From contig CAWJEN010000005.1 in assembly GCA_963841915.1 (NCBI GenBank), positions 480,001 through 544,000 on the forward strand: a DNA stretch of 64,000 nt, read 5' to 3'. Origin of the DNA: an uncultured Planctomycetota bacterium (GTDB taxonomy: Bacteria; Planctomycetota; Phycisphaerae; Tepidisphaerales; Tepidisphaeraceae). This document shows, one piece after another, positions 49,116 to 59,555 of the stretch; within the stretch, counting starts at the first letter, position 1; each line of letters opens with the position of its first letter. Both the position numbers and the translations under genes were made by a program. The notes below the pieces were generated by a model. It was not told the DNA's origin. It did no database searches and was given only the letters and a program-made list of their open reading frames with translations.

Positions 49116-49521
49116 CGGCCGGGAAGTAAGTGCGGTAGCGACTGACATCCCTCGTCACCAGCGTCAGTCCTGCAACTTGCGCATGAGCACCGATGTAGAA
49201 GTCGGGCAGCGGTGACGTCCTGGTGCCGCCGCGTTGGCGGTACAGCAAAAACGCCGCGGCCGCGGGCTCCGCCGCCTCCCAAGGCAGGTTCACCCGGTGA
49301 ATCTCATCGATCGGCATCCAAGCGTCCAGCCCATCCGCGTTGCTTAACGAGGCGAGGATTTCCGCGTAGATGATCTGGTTGATGAACGCCACTCCATTCG
49401 TCACAGCACGGGCAAGTTGCTCAGACGACCAGGGTTCCCAATCTCGATCCTCCTGAAGGATGTCGATCAGAACGTTGCTGTCGAACAGGAATCTGGCACC
49501 TTGCGGATGGTCTACAGCCAA
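49066..49521 (-). CDS. VapC/PIN-domain toxin
   Basis: FDSNVLID, INQIIYAE, PLPDFYIGAHA, LVTRD..RYRTYFP. Confidence 0.9.
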   Translation of the reverse strand: MAVDHPQGARFLFDSNVLIDILQEDRDWEPWSSEQLARAVTNGVAFINQIIYAEILASLSNADGLDAWMPIDEIHRVNLPWEAAEPAAAAFLLYRQRGGTRTSPLPDFYIGAHAQVAGLTLVTRDVSRYRTYFPAVTLLSPPQAASQASAR

Positions 49522-49523
49522 AG

Positions 49524-49835
49524 TTAGACCTCGCTACGGGTCATGGTCATGATCTCGTCGGCAGAATACAGCTTCTTGCCGCGGCCGCGCATCCTAGCGA
49601 CGAGTCGCTCGCCCTTCGTCAGGCCGTCCTCGCCTAGAGAACGTCGCGGTTCGGCCAATCCTCCGCTCCCGACCGCGTCGAGCCTCTCGACGATGAAGTC
49701 GGCGATCTCGCCATAACCCGCGGCGTGGGTCAGCCGGCGCAAAACCGCCGCAGCGTCTCCCTCCAGTATGACCTTAGCTGTCGCCTCATCTTGATGCACA
49801 GCAACCACAATACTTGGATCAGCCTCCCGTGCCAA
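49524..49835 (-). CDS. Putative antitoxin
   Basis: Small gene ending 2 bp upstream of the PIN toxin; C-terminal RMRG...SADEIMTMTR. Confidence 0.7.
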   Translation of the reverse strand: MAREADPSIVVAVHQDEATAKVILEGDAAAVLRRLTHAAGYGEIADFIVERLDAVGSGGLAEPRRSLGEDGLTKGERLVARMRGRGKKLYSADEIMTMTRSEV

Positions 49836-49908
49836 TCAGATTCGTCCCTGGCGCGCCGGTCGATCTCCTGCCGCATCGGCGGCCTTGATCGTGTACCCTC
49901 CGCGCCCG

Positions 49909-50667
49909 GTGACCTTGCCGGATACACGAAACCAAGCCATTGTCGTCATACCCGCTCGGCTGCAGAGCGAGCGATTTCCGCGGAAAGTGCTTGCAAGCGA
50001 GACGGGGCGGCCTTTGGTGCAGCACGTGGTCGATCGGTGTCTCGGCATCGACGGCATCGGTCGCGTCATCGTCGCCGCCGACGCGGCAGAGGTCGTCGAA
50101 GCGTTGCAGCCGTTCAAGACTGAGGTCGTGCTGACGTCGCCGAGCTGCCGAACCGGCACCGAACGTGTCGCCGAGGTCGCCCGCACGATGGGATTGGCCG
50201 CTGACGACGTCGTCATCAATGTGCAGGGCGACGAGCCGGAAATCGAGGCGTCGGTCGTGACAAACCTGGCCCTGCGGATGAATAGTGACGACCGACCGCC
50301 GATGGCGACGGTGCACGTGCCGTTTCCGGCGAGCGAGCCGCACAACCCGAACCTCGTCAAAGTGGTCGTGTCGGCCGACGGTCGCTCGTGTTTGTGGTTC
50401 AGCCGCAGCCCGATCCCGTATGCCCGGTCGGCGACCCCCGCTTACCGCCTGCACGTGGGCATCTACGCCTACCGCGTGGCAACGCTGCTGGATCTGGCGA
50501 CGACGCCGCCCACGCCTGCCGAGCGGTGTGAGTCACTGGAGCAACTACGTGCTTTGGAGACGGGTTTGGCCATCGCCGCCGTCGCCGCTGACGAACATCC
50601 GGGTGGTATCGACACGTCCGAGCAATATCGGGCCTTTGTCGAGCGATTTCGCGCCACCACAACCTGA
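49909..50667 (+). CDS. kdsB: 3-deoxy-manno-octulosonate cytidylyltransferase
   Basis: IPARLQSERFPRK, TGTER, INVQGDEP, FSRSPIP, HVGIYAY, ESLEQLR. Confidence 0.95.
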   Translation: MTLPDTRNQAIVVIPARLQSERFPRKVLASETGRPLVQHVVDRCLGIDGIGRVIVAADAAEVVEALQPFKTEVVLTSPSCRTGTERVAEVARTMGLAADDVVINVQGDEPEIEASVVTNLALRMNSDDRPPMATVHVPFPASEPHNPNLVKVVVSADGRSCLWFSRSPIPYARSATPAYRLHVGIYAYRVATLLDLATTPPTPAERCESLEQLRALETGLAIAAVAADEHPGGIDTSEQYRAFVERFRATTT

Positions 50668-50720
50668 CCGCTGCCACTAGTCTGCACCGCCGTCCGCCGC
50701 CGCTCCCGCACCCGCCCGCC

Positions 50721-52499
50721 ATGACCAACGCCGAAGAGCTGCTAGCCAGCACCAGTCACGCCCAGGAAGAGACCGAGTTTTACACCCCCATGCCGGCCGG
50801 CTACAAGCCGGGCAAGCACAAGTACGTGGTCGTGGTCGGCACCGTCATCAGCGGCCTGGGCAAGGGCATCTTTGCCTCGTCGCTGGCCAAGCTCATGCAG
50901 GACAAGGGCCTGAAGGTCGCTCCCATCAAGTGCGAGGGCTATCTCAACCTCGACTCCGGCACGCTCAATCCCTTCCGGCACGGCGAGGTCTTCGTCCTCG
51001 ACGACGGCCAGGAAACCGACATGGACCTGGGCACCTACGAGCGGCTGCTCGGTCAGAACCTGTCGAAGCACAACTTCACCACCAACGGCCAGATCCTGTC
51101 GGCGGTCATGAAGAAGGAGCGGTCGGGTGGGTACCTGGGGCGGGACGTGCAAGTCATTCCACACGTCGTGGGCGAAGTGAAGCTGCGGCTGCGCGAGTTG
51201 GCGGCCAAGAGCCAGGCAGACGTCGTCTTCGTCGAGATCGGCGGCACCGTGGGCGACTACGAGAACTCCTTTTACCTCGAAGCCTGCCGACAGCTCGCTT
51301 ATGAAGAGGGCGAAGATTCCGTTGCCTTCGTCGCACTGACGTACATCCTCTCGCCCGACGCGCTGGGCGAGCAAAAGTCCAAGGCCGCCCAGCTCGGGAT
51401 TAAGCGGCTGATGGAGGTCGGCATTCAGCCGCAGATCGTGGCGTGCCGCGCGACTGATCCGGTGAGCGACAAGGTGCGTGAAAAGATCAGCATGTACACG
51501 AACGTGCCGCTTCGGCGGGTGTTCTCCATGCACGACCTCGAGAGTGTCTACCTCGTTCCAGAGGCCCTGCGTGGCGCGGGGCTCGATCGCGAGGTCATGG
51601 GCATGCTCAACCTGCACGAGCGGGCCGACCAGTTGCACGAAGACCGGGCCCGTGACCGGTGGCGCAGCTTTGTCCGCCGAATCCAGCAGCCCAAGGAAAA
51701 GCACGTCACAATCGCCATCACCGGCAAGTACACGGCTCTGCGTGACGCGTACGCGAGCATACTCAAGAGTGTCGAGCACGCGGGTGTCGCGTGCGGCGTG
51801 GAGATCGCACTCAAGAGCGTCGACACGACCAATATCACCGACGCCAACGCAGCCGACAAGCTGGCAGACGTTGACGCAATCATCGTGCCGGGCGGCTTCG
51901 GCGCCCGTGGAAGCGAAGGCAAAATCGCCTGCGTCAAACATGCCCGCGAGACAGGGTTACCTTACCTGGGCATCTGCTTCGGCTTCCAGATGGCCGTCAT
52001 CGAATACGCGCGCAACGTGTGCGGCATCGACGACGCCAATTCGACCGAGTTCGACCCGGGCTGCTCGGCCCCCGTCATCGACATCCTGCCAAGTCAGAAA
52101 CAGATCGAAGGCCTCGGCGGGAACATGCGGCTCGGCGGTAAAGACGTCGAGATCCGCCCAGGCACACTGGCGGCAGAGATCTGGAAGGACGAGCTTCGGA
52201 ACAACCCGTACGTCAGGCTCCGCTTCCGTCACCGCTATGAGGTCGACCCGCGGTACGTCGACCAGCTCCAAGAGGGCGGCCTGATCTTCAGCGGCAAGCA
52301 CCCGCAGCAGCCGATCATGCAGGTCCTCGAGCTGCCCCAGGACCAGCACCCGTTCTTCATCGGCACACAAGCGCACCCTGAAATGCACAGCCGCCCGCTG
52401 GAGCCGAGCCCGCTGTTCGTCGGGCTGGTCGATGCCGCGTTACAGCGGTCGTTGCTGCGGCCCAGCAAAGAAGAACACGACCAAGCTGCACAGGTTTGA
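50721..52499 (+). CDS. pyrG: CTP synthase
   Basis: SGLGKG, HGEVFV, DLGTYER, EIGGTVGD, PGGFG, GICFG, RHRYEV, HPE. Confidence 0.97.
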   Translation: MTNAEELLASTSHAQEETEFYTPMPAGYKPGKHKYVVVVGTVISGLGKGIFASSLAKLMQDKGLKVAPIKCEGYLNLDSGTLNPFRHGEVFVLDDGQETDMDLGTYERLLGQNLSKHNFTTNGQILSAVMKKERSGGYLGRDVQVIPHVVGEVKLRLRELAAKSQADVVFVEIGGTVGDYENSFYLEACRQLAYEEGEDSVAFVALTYILSPDALGEQKSKAAQLGIKRLMEVGIQPQIVACRATDPVSDKVREKISMYTNVPLRRVFSMHDLESVYLVPEALRGAGLDREVMGMLNLHERADQLHEDRARDRWRSFVRRIQQPKEKHVTIAITGKYTALRDAYASILKSVEHAGVACGVEIALKSVDTTNITDANAADKLADVDAIIVPGGFGARGSEGKIACVKHARETGLPYLGICFGFQMAVIEYARNVCGIDDANSTEFDPGCSAPVIDILPSQKQIEGLGGNMRLGGKDVEIRPGTLAAEIWKDELRNNPYVRLRFRHRYEVDPRYVDQLQEGGLIFSGKHPQQPIMQVLELPQDQHPFFIGTQAHPEMHSRPLEPSPLFVGLVDAALQRSLLRPSKEEHDQAAQV

Positions 52500-52618
52500 G
52501 CCCAGTCACAACAGGTGTGAGCCCTGTCAAACTTGTGCATCAAAGCACGGTCGCAGCGATGAGCAAACGTCGTAGCTCAAGCGATTTGGCCCTTGAAGCC
52601 GCTCAAGCGGTTTGGCAG

Positions 52619-52903
52619 CTAGAGCTTGACGACGCGTGTGGCGCGGTTCCCCTTGGGGCCTGACTCGGCGGCATAGAGCACCGTTTCACCCTCTTCGAGC
52701 GTCTTGAACCCCTCTCCCTCGATGACGGCGTAGTGGACGAAGACGTCGTTGCCCTCCTCGTCCAGGATGAAGCCGAATCCCTTGGGATCGTTGAACCACT
52801 TGACGGTCCCACGGGTGGTCGGGGCGGCGGTGGTGTCGGCCTCCATCACTGATTCAGGGACGGACGCGACAGAAGATGGCGGTGCAGCAAGCGTGGTGCT
52901 CAT
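52619..52903 (-). CDS. Cold-shock domain protein
   Basis: [21 protein letters not shown]. Confidence 0.93.
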   Translation of the reverse strand: MSTTLAAPPSSVASVPESVMEADTTAAPTTRGTVKWFNDPKGFGFILDEEGNDVFVHYAVIEGEGFKTLEEGETVLYAAESGPKGNRATRVVKL

Positions 52904-53073
52904 GGTGACTCCTCGAAGAGCAAACCAGGTTCGGTGACCAGCCGCGCGGCCGGTCACCTTCCACCATACCAAGTTTCACCAATCGTGAAAGTTCACCTGT
53001 TGCAACAATAACTCGCAAACGTCTCGGCAAGGTTCTGCGGGCGACTCTGGGCGTTTCCGCGCCAAAGGTACGG

Positions 53074-53820
53074 GTGGTGAATCTCCTCGAAGTACGCGAC
53101 TTGATGAAGGTCTACGGCGGCAGACGCGTCGTTGACGGCATCTCGTTCACCGTCGAACCTCGCCAAATCGTCGGCCTCCTCGGGCGCAACGGGGCCGGCA
53201 AAACCACAACGTTCCGCATGATTCTTGGCATGGTCGTGCCTGACGGTGGCAGCGTCGCCTTCGACGGCAACGATGTCACCCGACAACCCATGTTCAAACG
53301 GGCACGCCTCGGCATGGGCTACCTCAGCCAGGAACGAAGCGACTTCCGCAGGCTCAGCGTCTGGGACAACCTCATCGCCATCCTCGAACTCAAGCGACCA
53401 CCCCTGCCCCGGGCCGAACGGCACCGACGGGCGGCAGAGATGCTCGACCGGTACGGCCTGACGCACGTCAAAGACTCACCCGCAGCCGTCCTGTCCGGCG
53501 GTGAGCGACGGAAGCTGGAGCTGTCGCGTGCCCTCGTCACCGACCCGAAGTTGATGCTCCTCGATGAGCCGTTCGCTGGTGTCGACCCGGTCGCCAAGGA
53601 AGAGATCCAGGACGAGATCCGACGACTACGCGACGAGTTCGGCAAAGGCGTGCTCATCACCGATCACGATGCAGAGCGAACGCTTCAAGTGTGCGAGCAC
53701 GCGCTCATCGTTGACAGTGGCAAGCTGTTGTTCAGCGGAAAACCGGGCGACGCCGCCCGAGACGATATGGTGCGGGAGACGTATCTCGGCCACAACTTTG
53801 CCCGTGGGCTGGATACCTAG
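53074..53820 (+). CDS. lptB: LPS export ABC transporter ATPase
   Basis: GRNGAGKTT, RARLGMGYL, LSGGERR, LLDEPFAGVDP, LITDH, YLG. Confidence 0.9.
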   Translation: MVNLLEVRDLMKVYGGRRVVDGISFTVEPRQIVGLLGRNGAGKTTTFRMILGMVVPDGGSVAFDGNDVTRQPMFKRARLGMGYLSQERSDFRRLSVWDNLIAILELKRPPLPRAERHRRAAEMLDRYGLTHVKDSPAAVLSGGERRKLELSRALVTDPKLMLLDEPFAGVDPVAKEEIQDEIRRLRDEFGKGVLITDHDAERTLQVCEHALIVDSGKLLFSGKPGDAARDDMVRETYLGHNFARGLDT

Positions 53821-54042
53821 CTTCTATAAGTCCGTGCTGTGGCACAGATCACGAAATGTCGCAACATTTCGACGGACGTCGTCTCAACAGGACGCGGCGA
53901 CGGGTCGATCTAGAAGTGGGCCGCCGACGAGGCGATCTTCCGACGGGGACCCTGCGCGTGCGGGGCGGCGGAGGTCGACCTTGGGGAACGGACGAGCCTG
54001 CTTGACGGGTGCCTTCTGGCATGCGTTGATGATCGGAAGCCA

Positions 54043-55593
54043 ATGGATACCGCGCTACAGACCAAGATTGACGACTGCAGCGGGCTGCCGTCCCTGCCCA
54101 CGGTGGCCATCGAGGTGCTCCGCCTGGCACGGTCGACCGAAACCGACATGAAGGCCATCGCTGGCGTCATCAACCAAGATCCGGCCCTGAGTGGTCGCGT
54201 GCTCAAGACGGTCAATTCCAGCTTCTACGGGCGAAGCCAAAAGGTCACGACGATCGACCAGGCGCTGGTCGTCATGGGGTTGCAGAGCGTGCGGACGCTG
54301 GTGCTGGGCTTTAGTCTTGTCGACGGCCTGATGAAGCGCAAGAGCGAGGGCTTCGACCACAAGGTCTACTGGCAGCGCAGCTTCTACGCCGCCGTCGCCG
54401 CCAAGGAACTTGGCGTCGCCTGCCGCGTCATGCAGGCCGAGGAGCTTTTTGTCTGTGGCCTGCTGGCCGACATCGGCATGCTCGTGCTCGACACGGTGCT
54501 CGCCGAGGAGTACGGCGAAGTGTGCGCCCTGGTCATGACGCACGCCGAGCAGCACGCTTCGGAACTGTCGAAGCTTTCTGCCGACCACGCCGAGGTCGGC
54601 GGGTACATCGCCGAGAAGTGGAAGCTGCCGCCGGTCTTGAGCGAGCCGATCCGCTGGCATACGGAACCCGAGAAAGCCGACGACGGCACGCTAAAGACCA
54701 TGGCGGCGATCCTGCAGTGTGCCGGCCGCTGTGCCGACGTGTTTGTCGACAAGGAGCCGGCCCAGGCGATCGCCGACGTGCGGAGACTGACGGCCCATCT
54801 GCTCGAGGCGTCACCGATGCCACCGGCACAATCGGCCGAGGCGTACGCAGACAGCCTGTTGGAAAAGCTCGGTGCCAAGGTCCAGGAAACGACTGCTGCC
54901 TTCGAAATCGACTTGGGCCCGGCGGCCAAGTTCGACAAGATCATGCGCGACGCCACCGAGGCGCTCGTGGAGATCACGATGCAAAGCCAGCAGGAGGCGA
55001 TGAACCTGCAGGAGCAGCAGGCCAACATGCAGCAGAAGTTCGCTCAGCGTGAGGCAGAGCTAACGAAACAGGCGACGACCGACTCCATGACCAAGCTGGC
55101 CAACCGGGCCGAGTTCGACAGGTTCCTGGGCGAAGAAGTCGCCGGGGCCGTTGCGACCAGCGAACCGATTTCGCTGATCATGGTCGACATCGACAAGTTC
55201 AAGAGTGTCAACGACACGCACGGCCACCAAGTGGGCGACGACGTCATCAAGTTCGTCGCCGACCTGCTCGACCGCTCGTGCCGCGATGGTGACCTGGCTG
55301 CCCGATACGGCGGCGAAGAGATGGCGCTGGTCCTGCCCGGCACCGACCGCTCCACCGCCGCTGCCCTGGCCGAGATGATGCGGTCCAACCTGTGCTCCGC
55401 CCCGGTCAAGAGCGGTGGCGTTCAGCTTCCCATCACGGCGAGCTTCGGCGTCAGTGCGTTCGAGCCGCCGAGCCCGCTGGCGACGGCACCGCTGCTCATT
55501 AAAGCCGCCGACAAGGCCCTGTACCACGCCAAGGAATCGGGTCGGAACCGTGTGAAGGTCTTCACGCTTCCACCAAAGCGGGCCGCGGCTTAA
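54043..55593 (+). CDS. HDOD + GGDEF diguanylate cyclase
   Basis: LPSLP, DPALS..VNSSFYG, LLADIG, HAEVG; DIDKFKSVND.HGH..GD, RDGD I-site, RYGGEE. Confidence 0.93.
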   Translation: MDTALQTKIDDCSGLPSLPTVAIEVLRLARSTETDMKAIAGVINQDPALSGRVLKTVNSSFYGRSQKVTTIDQALVVMGLQSVRTLVLGFSLVDGLMKRKSEGFDHKVYWQRSFYAAVAAKELGVACRVMQAEELFVCGLLADIGMLVLDTVLAEEYGEVCALVMTHAEQHASELSKLSADHAEVGGYIAEKWKLPPVLSEPIRWHTEPEKADDGTLKTMAAILQCAGRCADVFVDKEPAQAIADVRRLTAHLLEASPMPPAQSAEAYADSLLEKLGAKVQETTAAFEIDLGPAAKFDKIMRDATEALVEITMQSQQEAMNLQEQQANMQQKFAQREAELTKQATTDSMTKLANRAEFDRFLGEEVAGAVATSEPISLIMVDIDKFKSVNDTHGHQVGDDVIKFVADLLDRSCRDGDLAARYGGEEMALVLPGTDRSTAAALAEMMRSNLCSAPVKSGGVQLPITASFGVSAFEPPSPLATAPLLIKAADKALYHAKESGRNRVKVFTLPPKRAAA

Positions 55594-55612
55594 GACTCAG
55601 ACGGCTCAAGGC

Positions 55613-56035
55613 CTAGACGTAGACCGCATCGGGATCGAACGCCTTGTCCTTCTCGACAAAGTCGAGCGAGCCGTCCGGGTGAACTTCGCGGTAGAAGCAC
55701 GACGTATAGCCCGTGTGGCAGGCCGCCTGCGGCGTTGTCGCCGGGTCACCGATGACCACTTCTGCGACGAGACAATCCTGGTCGCAGTCGACGCGAAGCC
55801 GCCGCAGGTGCTGGGTCATGCCGCTCGACTCGCCCTTCTTCCAGAGCTTTTTGCGACTGCGTGACCAGTAGTGAACCTGGCCCGTCTTCATCGTGGCCTG
55901 GAGCGACGCCTCATTCATGAAGGCGACCATGAGCACGTCCTTCGACTCCGCATGCACCGCCACGCACGGCATCAGGCCGTCGGCGTCGAACTTCGGGTGA
56001 AAATGCACACCTTTCTCGATCTCGTTCTTCGTCAC
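55613..56035 (-). CDS. hisI: Phosphoribosyl-AMP cyclohydrolase
   Basis: YWSRSR..LWKKGESSG, DCDQD, ACHTGYTSCFY. Confidence 0.95.
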   Translation of the reverse strand: MTKNEIEKGVHFHPKFDADGLMPCVAVHAESKDVLMVAFMNEASLQATMKTGQVHYWSRSRKKLWKKGESSGMTQHLRRLRVDCDQDCLVAEVVIGDPATTPQAACHTGYTSCFYREVHPDGSLDFVEKDKAFDPDAVYV

Positions 56036-56091
56036 GTCCAACCGTAGACGCCGAGGCACTACGGTGCCGCACCACTTCACTAGGCTGCGGC

Positions 56092-57600
56092 GTGGCCCAG
56101 CTTCCGCAGATGCAGTTTTACAACACGCTCTCGAACCGGCTCGAGCCGTTCGAGGCGGCCGAGTCGCCCGTCCGCATCTACTCGTGCGGACCGACGGTCT
56201 ACGACTTTGCTCACATCGGCAACTTCCGCAGCTTCCTCTTCGCAGACGTGCTGAGGCGGACGCTGGAGCTGGTCGGGCTCGACGTCGTACACGTCATGAA
56301 TATCACAGACGTTGGCCACATGACCGAGGACGATCTGGCCGATGGAGGCGGCGAGGACAAGATGCAGGCCGCCTCCAAGAAGCTCGCCCAGGCTAAAAAG
56401 AGCGGCCAGGCCCATGCGGCGGCCGATGTCGACCCAAGCGACCCGTTCCAGATCGCCGCCTTCTACGGCGATGCATTTGTCGAAGACGCTCGCAAGCTCG
56501 GCCTGAAGGTCGCCAGCGATCCGGCCGAGCGGATGCCACGAGCCACAGACAATGTCGAGGCGATGCTGAGCATGATCGAGACGCTCGTCGACAACGGCCA
56601 CGCGTATGTGGGCGGCGACGGGGCGGTCTACTACGGCGTCGAGACCTTCGGCGACTACGGCAAACTCAGCGGCAACAGCGTCGAGCAGCTTCGCGGCGGG
56701 GCAGGCGGACGCGTCGGCTCGACAGCCACCGCCGCCAAGCGTCACCCGGCCGACTTCTTGCTGTGGAAGCCTGACGAGCACCACCTTATGAAGTGGCCAA
56801 GTCGCTTCGGCACGGGCTATCCGGGCTGGCACATCGAGTGCTCGGCCATGGCCCGTGCCCACCTCGGGGCCGATGTCATCGACTTCCACACCGGCGGCGA
56901 GGACAACATCTTCCCGCATCACGAGTGCGAGATCGCTCAAACCCGCGGCGCGACTGGCCAAGACACATTCGCCCGATTCTGGCTCCACGGCCGCCACCTG
57001 CGTGTCGAGGGCGAGAAGATGAGCAAGTCGACGGGCAACTTCTTTACCGTCCGCGACGTGCTCGAGGGCAAAGCCACAGACGGCAGGCAAGTCGCTCCCG
57101 AAGTGCTTCGCTACGAACTCATCCGCAGCCACTACCGCGGCACCGCCAACTTCACCGCAGGCGGCCTGCGCGACAGCGGCAGCGCGATTGGCAAGCTCCA
57201 GCGGCTGTACCGCGACGCCAAGGAACAAGCCGGCGACACCTATCCGGCAGCTGAGCTCACGGCGGGCCCGCTGCCACGCTTCGTGGCCGGGCTCTGCGAC
57301 GACTTGAACCTGTCAGCCGCAATGGCGGCCGTCTTCGAGTGGGCGGGCGATCTGGACGACTCAGCCGACCCGACGTTGACGGCGCAGATCCTGGAACGGG
57401 TGGACTCGGTGATCGCGTTCCTGCCGACCGGTGACGCTTCGGCAGATGACGACGTGACGGCTTTGGCAGCGAAGATCGACGCCGCCCGGGCCGCCAGGGA
57501 CTTCGCCGCCGCCGACGCCGTCCGGGCCGACCTGCTGGGTCGCGGTTTCAAGGTCCTGACGACGAAGGACGGGACCACGGTCGAGAAGCCATTGGCCTAG
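56092..57600 (+). CDS. cysS: Cysteine--tRNA ligase
   Basis: [35 protein letters not shown]. Confidence 0.97.
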   Translation: MAQLPQMQFYNTLSNRLEPFEAAESPVRIYSCGPTVYDFAHIGNFRSFLFADVLRRTLELVGLDVVHVMNITDVGHMTEDDLADGGGEDKMQAASKKLAQAKKSGQAHAAADVDPSDPFQIAAFYGDAFVEDARKLGLKVASDPAERMPRATDNVEAMLSMIETLVDNGHAYVGGDGAVYYGVETFGDYGKLSGNSVEQLRGGAGGRVGSTATAAKRHPADFLLWKPDEHHLMKWPSRFGTGYPGWHIECSAMARAHLGADVIDFHTGGEDNIFPHHECEIAQTRGATGQDTFARFWLHGRHLRVEGEKMSKSTGNFFTVRDVLEGKATDGRQVAPEVLRYELIRSHYRGTANFTAGGLRDSGSAIGKLQRLYRDAKEQAGDTYPAAELTAGPLPRFVAGLCDDLNLSAAMAAVFEWAGDLDDSADPTLTAQILERVDSVIAFLPTGDASADDDVTALAAKIDAARAARDFAAADAVRADLLGRGFKVLTTKDGTTVEKPLA

Positions 57601-57608
57601 GCAAGCAA

Positions 57609-57638
57609 AAGAGGCACGACCTTGCGGCCGTGCCTCTT
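57609..57638 (-). terminator. Intrinsic terminator between convergent genes
   Basis: Minus strand AAGAGGCACGGCC-GCAA-GGTCGTGCCTCTT then TT; GNRA loop. Confidence 0.75.
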
Positions 57639-57659
57639 CAATTGAGCGTTTGTTCAACC

Positions 57660-58436
57660 TCAACGACGCCGCTTCAGGAGCAGCAGCGACGGCAGGACAA
57701 ACGCCATCGACGCCGGCTCCGGCACGAGCGTCAGGTCGAAGGACACCGAAGGCGGCAGGCCCTCGAACGGCAGCGTCATGCTGTTCGTCGGGTTACCGCT
57801 GGCGAGCTGGAACACCGCACCGGGCGTCTCCGAAGCGAGCAGCAGGCGAATCGACTCACCTGCGTTTATCGCGTCGATGAGGGCCGACTCAACGGCGGCA
57901 TCGGGCATGATGCTGCGCGTGATCGTCCGAACGCCTTCGGCCTCGAACTCGCTCGACAGGACGACGGCATCAGGGAATTGGTCACCGAAGCCGGTGGGCG
58001 TCGTGTAGGGCGGACCGGCGAGGCTGACGAACTCAAGGTCGCCGATGACGCTGTCATTGGCGGTGAAGTAGACGCTGAGGTCGCCTGCATCCTGGATGCC
58101 ACCGGCACCGGTGTCGGTACGGGTGGCCGGCGGAAGCGTGAGCGTTAGATTGGCGATGTCGGTGACATCGACGTTGGCAAAGTCAGCCGTCGGAATGTCG
58201 ATGACGGTAAAGATGCCGAAGACGTTCTCGGCGTTGTTGCGCCGGTCGCCGTTGACCTGGAAGCGGCCCGAGCCGCCGGGAGCCAGAATGTTGCGTCCGG
58301 TACCGCCGAAGAAGCTGCGGAAGACGTTGGCGATGTTGAGTTCGTCGACGCCGGTGCGCGTGACGACATCGGCCGAGGCGACTTGCGTCGGCAGAACAAG
58401 GGCGGCCAGGGTGAGGCCGGTGATCAAGGTTTTCAT
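57660..58436 (-). CDS. PEP-CTERM sorting-domain secreted protein
   Basis: Signal peptide ending ASA; VPEP, hydrophobic stretch, KRRR. Confidence 0.9.
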   Translation of the reverse strand: MKTLITGLTLAALVLPTQVASADVVTRTGVDELNIANVFRSFFGGTGRNILAPGGSGRFQVNGDRRNNAENVFGIFTVIDIPTADFANVDVTDIANLTLTLPPATRTDTGAGGIQDAGDLSVYFTANDSVIGDLEFVSLAGPPYTTPTGFGDQFPDAVVLSSEFEAEGVRTITRSIMPDAAVESALIDAINAGESIRLLLASETPGAVFQLASGNPTNSMTLPFEGLPPSVSFDLTLVPEPASMAFVLPSLLLLKRRR

Positions 58437-58545
58437 AAGGTGCACTTTCGCTGCAAATAACTGAGATGCTGAGGCGGTGGTGCGGCGACGATAGCAATTC
58501 GTCGTCGATTTCGAATGCAATAAACTTTTTGGCGACTGTCTACCG

Positions 58546-59433
58546 CTATTTCGTCAGCCGCGTCAGGGCTTCGCGATAGCGGGCGAGGGTGCCGTCAATG
58601 ACGTGCTGAGGTAGAGCCGGGCCGGGCGGTTGCTGGTTCCAGTCGAGGCCGGCGAGGTGATCACGGACGAACTGCTTGTCGAACGAAGCCTGCGGGCCGC
58701 CCGGCTGCCACGTGTCGGCGGGCCAGAAGCGGCTGGAATCGGGCGTGAGGGCTTCGTCGGCGAGGACGAGGTGGTTGAAGGCGTCGCGGCCGAACTCGAA
58801 CTTCGTGTCAGCGATCAGGATCCCGCGCCCGGCCGCATAGTCGGCGGCGTGGCGGTAGAGCGACAGCGTCAGGTCGCGAAGCTGCGTCGTTAGTTCAGCG
58901 CCGAGGGCGTCGGCCATCATCTCGAACGACACGTTCTCGTCGTGTCCGGTGGCGGCTTTGGTGGCGGGCGTGAAGATTGGCTCCGGCAGCTTGTCGCCGT
59001 CCCGCAGGCCCGGCGGCAGCTCGATGCCGCACACCCGTCCGGTGGCCTGATACTCCTTCAGGCCTGAACCCGCCAGATAACCCCGCGCTACGCACTCGAA
59101 CGGCACAATCTCGAGCCGGCGGACGAGCATTGACCGCCCCTCAAGCACGGCGGCATACTCCTGCAACGCCTCCGGAAACTGCCCGACCTCGGCCGTGACG
59201 AGATGGTTGTGCGTCAGCGGCAACAGCTGCTGGAACCAAAAGACAGCCATCTGCGTCAGCAGCACGCCTTTACCCGGGATCGGCGTCGGCATCACAACGT
59301 CGAACGCGCTGACACGATCGGTGGCGACGATCAACAGGTGATCCTTCAGGACCGACGAGATGTCGTAGACGTCGCGGACCTTGCCAGAGGTCTTGGGAAA
59401 CGGGAGGTCGGTCGTGGTCAGCGCGTCGGGCAC
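58546..59433 (-). CDS. purC: SAICAR synthetase
   Basis: GKVRDVY, TDRVSAFD, RGYLAGSG, FTPATK, DTKFEFG, TPDSSRFW, DKQFVR. Confidence 0.97.
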   Translation of the reverse strand: MPDALTTTDLPFPKTSGKVRDVYDISSVLKDHLLIVATDRVSAFDVVMPTPIPGKGVLLTQMAVFWFQQLLPLTHNHLVTAEVGQFPEALQEYAAVLEGRSMLVRRLEIVPFECVARGYLAGSGLKEYQATGRVCGIELPPGLRDGDKLPEPIFTPATKAATGHDENVSFEMMADALGAELTTQLRDLTLSLYRHAADYAAGRGILIADTKFEFGRDAFNHLVLADEALTPDSSRFWPADTWQPGGPQASFDKQFVRDHLAGLDWNQQPPGPALPQHVIDGTLARYREALTRLTK

Positions 59434-59477
59434 GACCGACTTTATCAGGCGTGACCTGCTTGACGATCTCGGACAAA

Positions 59478-59499
59478 GCTACTGAAGTGGCTTAGCCTC
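59478..59499 (+). promoter_or_regulatory. Shared 22-bp motif, copy 2
   Basis: GCTACTGAAGTGGCTTAGCCTC; 20/22 identical to 41990-42011. Confidence 0.45.
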
Positions 59500-59555
59500 A
59501 CGCCCTTGAGGGTCGGGCGCAGTTGCAACGCGTGTTTTGGGCCGATAGACAAAGA

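Noticed and set aside
53836..54035. Sigma-54 promoters (TGGCAC at about 53840, TGGCAT at about 54018)
   Set aside because: The -12 TTGC element is missing at the required spacing
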